Notes under the pieces: generated by a model
What the model saw: only the letters and a program-made list of their open reading frames with translations
Told to the model about the DNA's origin: nothing
Database searches by the model: none
Part shown: one piece after another, positions 63,988-64,000 of the stretch
How positions within the stretch are numbered: position 1 is the first letter of the stretch
Layout of the letters: every line of letters begins with the position of its first letter
Origin: Vitrella brassicaformis CCMP3155
Lineage: Eukaryota > Protista > Chromerida
DNA length: 64,000 nt
Direction of reading: 5' to 3'
Assembly (NCBI GenBank): GCA_001179505.1
Contig: CDMY01000531.1
Span: 1-64,000, forward strand
Program-made: the position numbers and the translations under genes

Positions 63988-64000
63988 ATGCTCATCCATT

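Overview
Eukaryotic nuclear DNA: GC-rich, gene-dense, with short GT-AG introns filled with (AC)n, (AGAC)n and (ATCC)n microsatellites. The intron style, signal+transit-peptide plastid proteins and a lineage-specific repeat family suggest a chromerid alveolate such as Vitrella brassicaformis (inference). I reconstructed about 26 mostly spliced genes by eye. Confident calls: Sec7-PH-TBC protein, TilS, SPAG1/RPAP3-like TPR protein, MORN protein, two tandem RING-CH ligases, PGAP1-like hydrolase, Na+/Ca2+ exchanger, F-box/LRR protein, Ser/Thr kinase, SRP54, PDX1, RPP38-like L7Ae protein and a MYND finger protein. No rRNA, tRNA, CRISPR array or autonomous transposon was seen. The leads most worth following are: (1) an RPH1-like plastid membrane gene with two in-frame TAG codons, both followed by AAY, plus two 1-nt frame slips at splice junctions and a fused zinc-finger exon; (2) a recurrent upstream motif (T/A)(T/A)AGCTCGC in the short gaps of about 10 head-to-head gene pairs; (3) a two-unit repeat with conserved blocks and unrelated spacers of identical length near the right end; (4) a microexon plus 58-nt intron module shared by two otherwise dissimilar genes; (5) several enzymes with altered catalytic motifs (TBC, kinase, RING-CH, trypsin-like protease). 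Exon boundaries and family assignments come from manual reading and remembered family consensus, not from searches.
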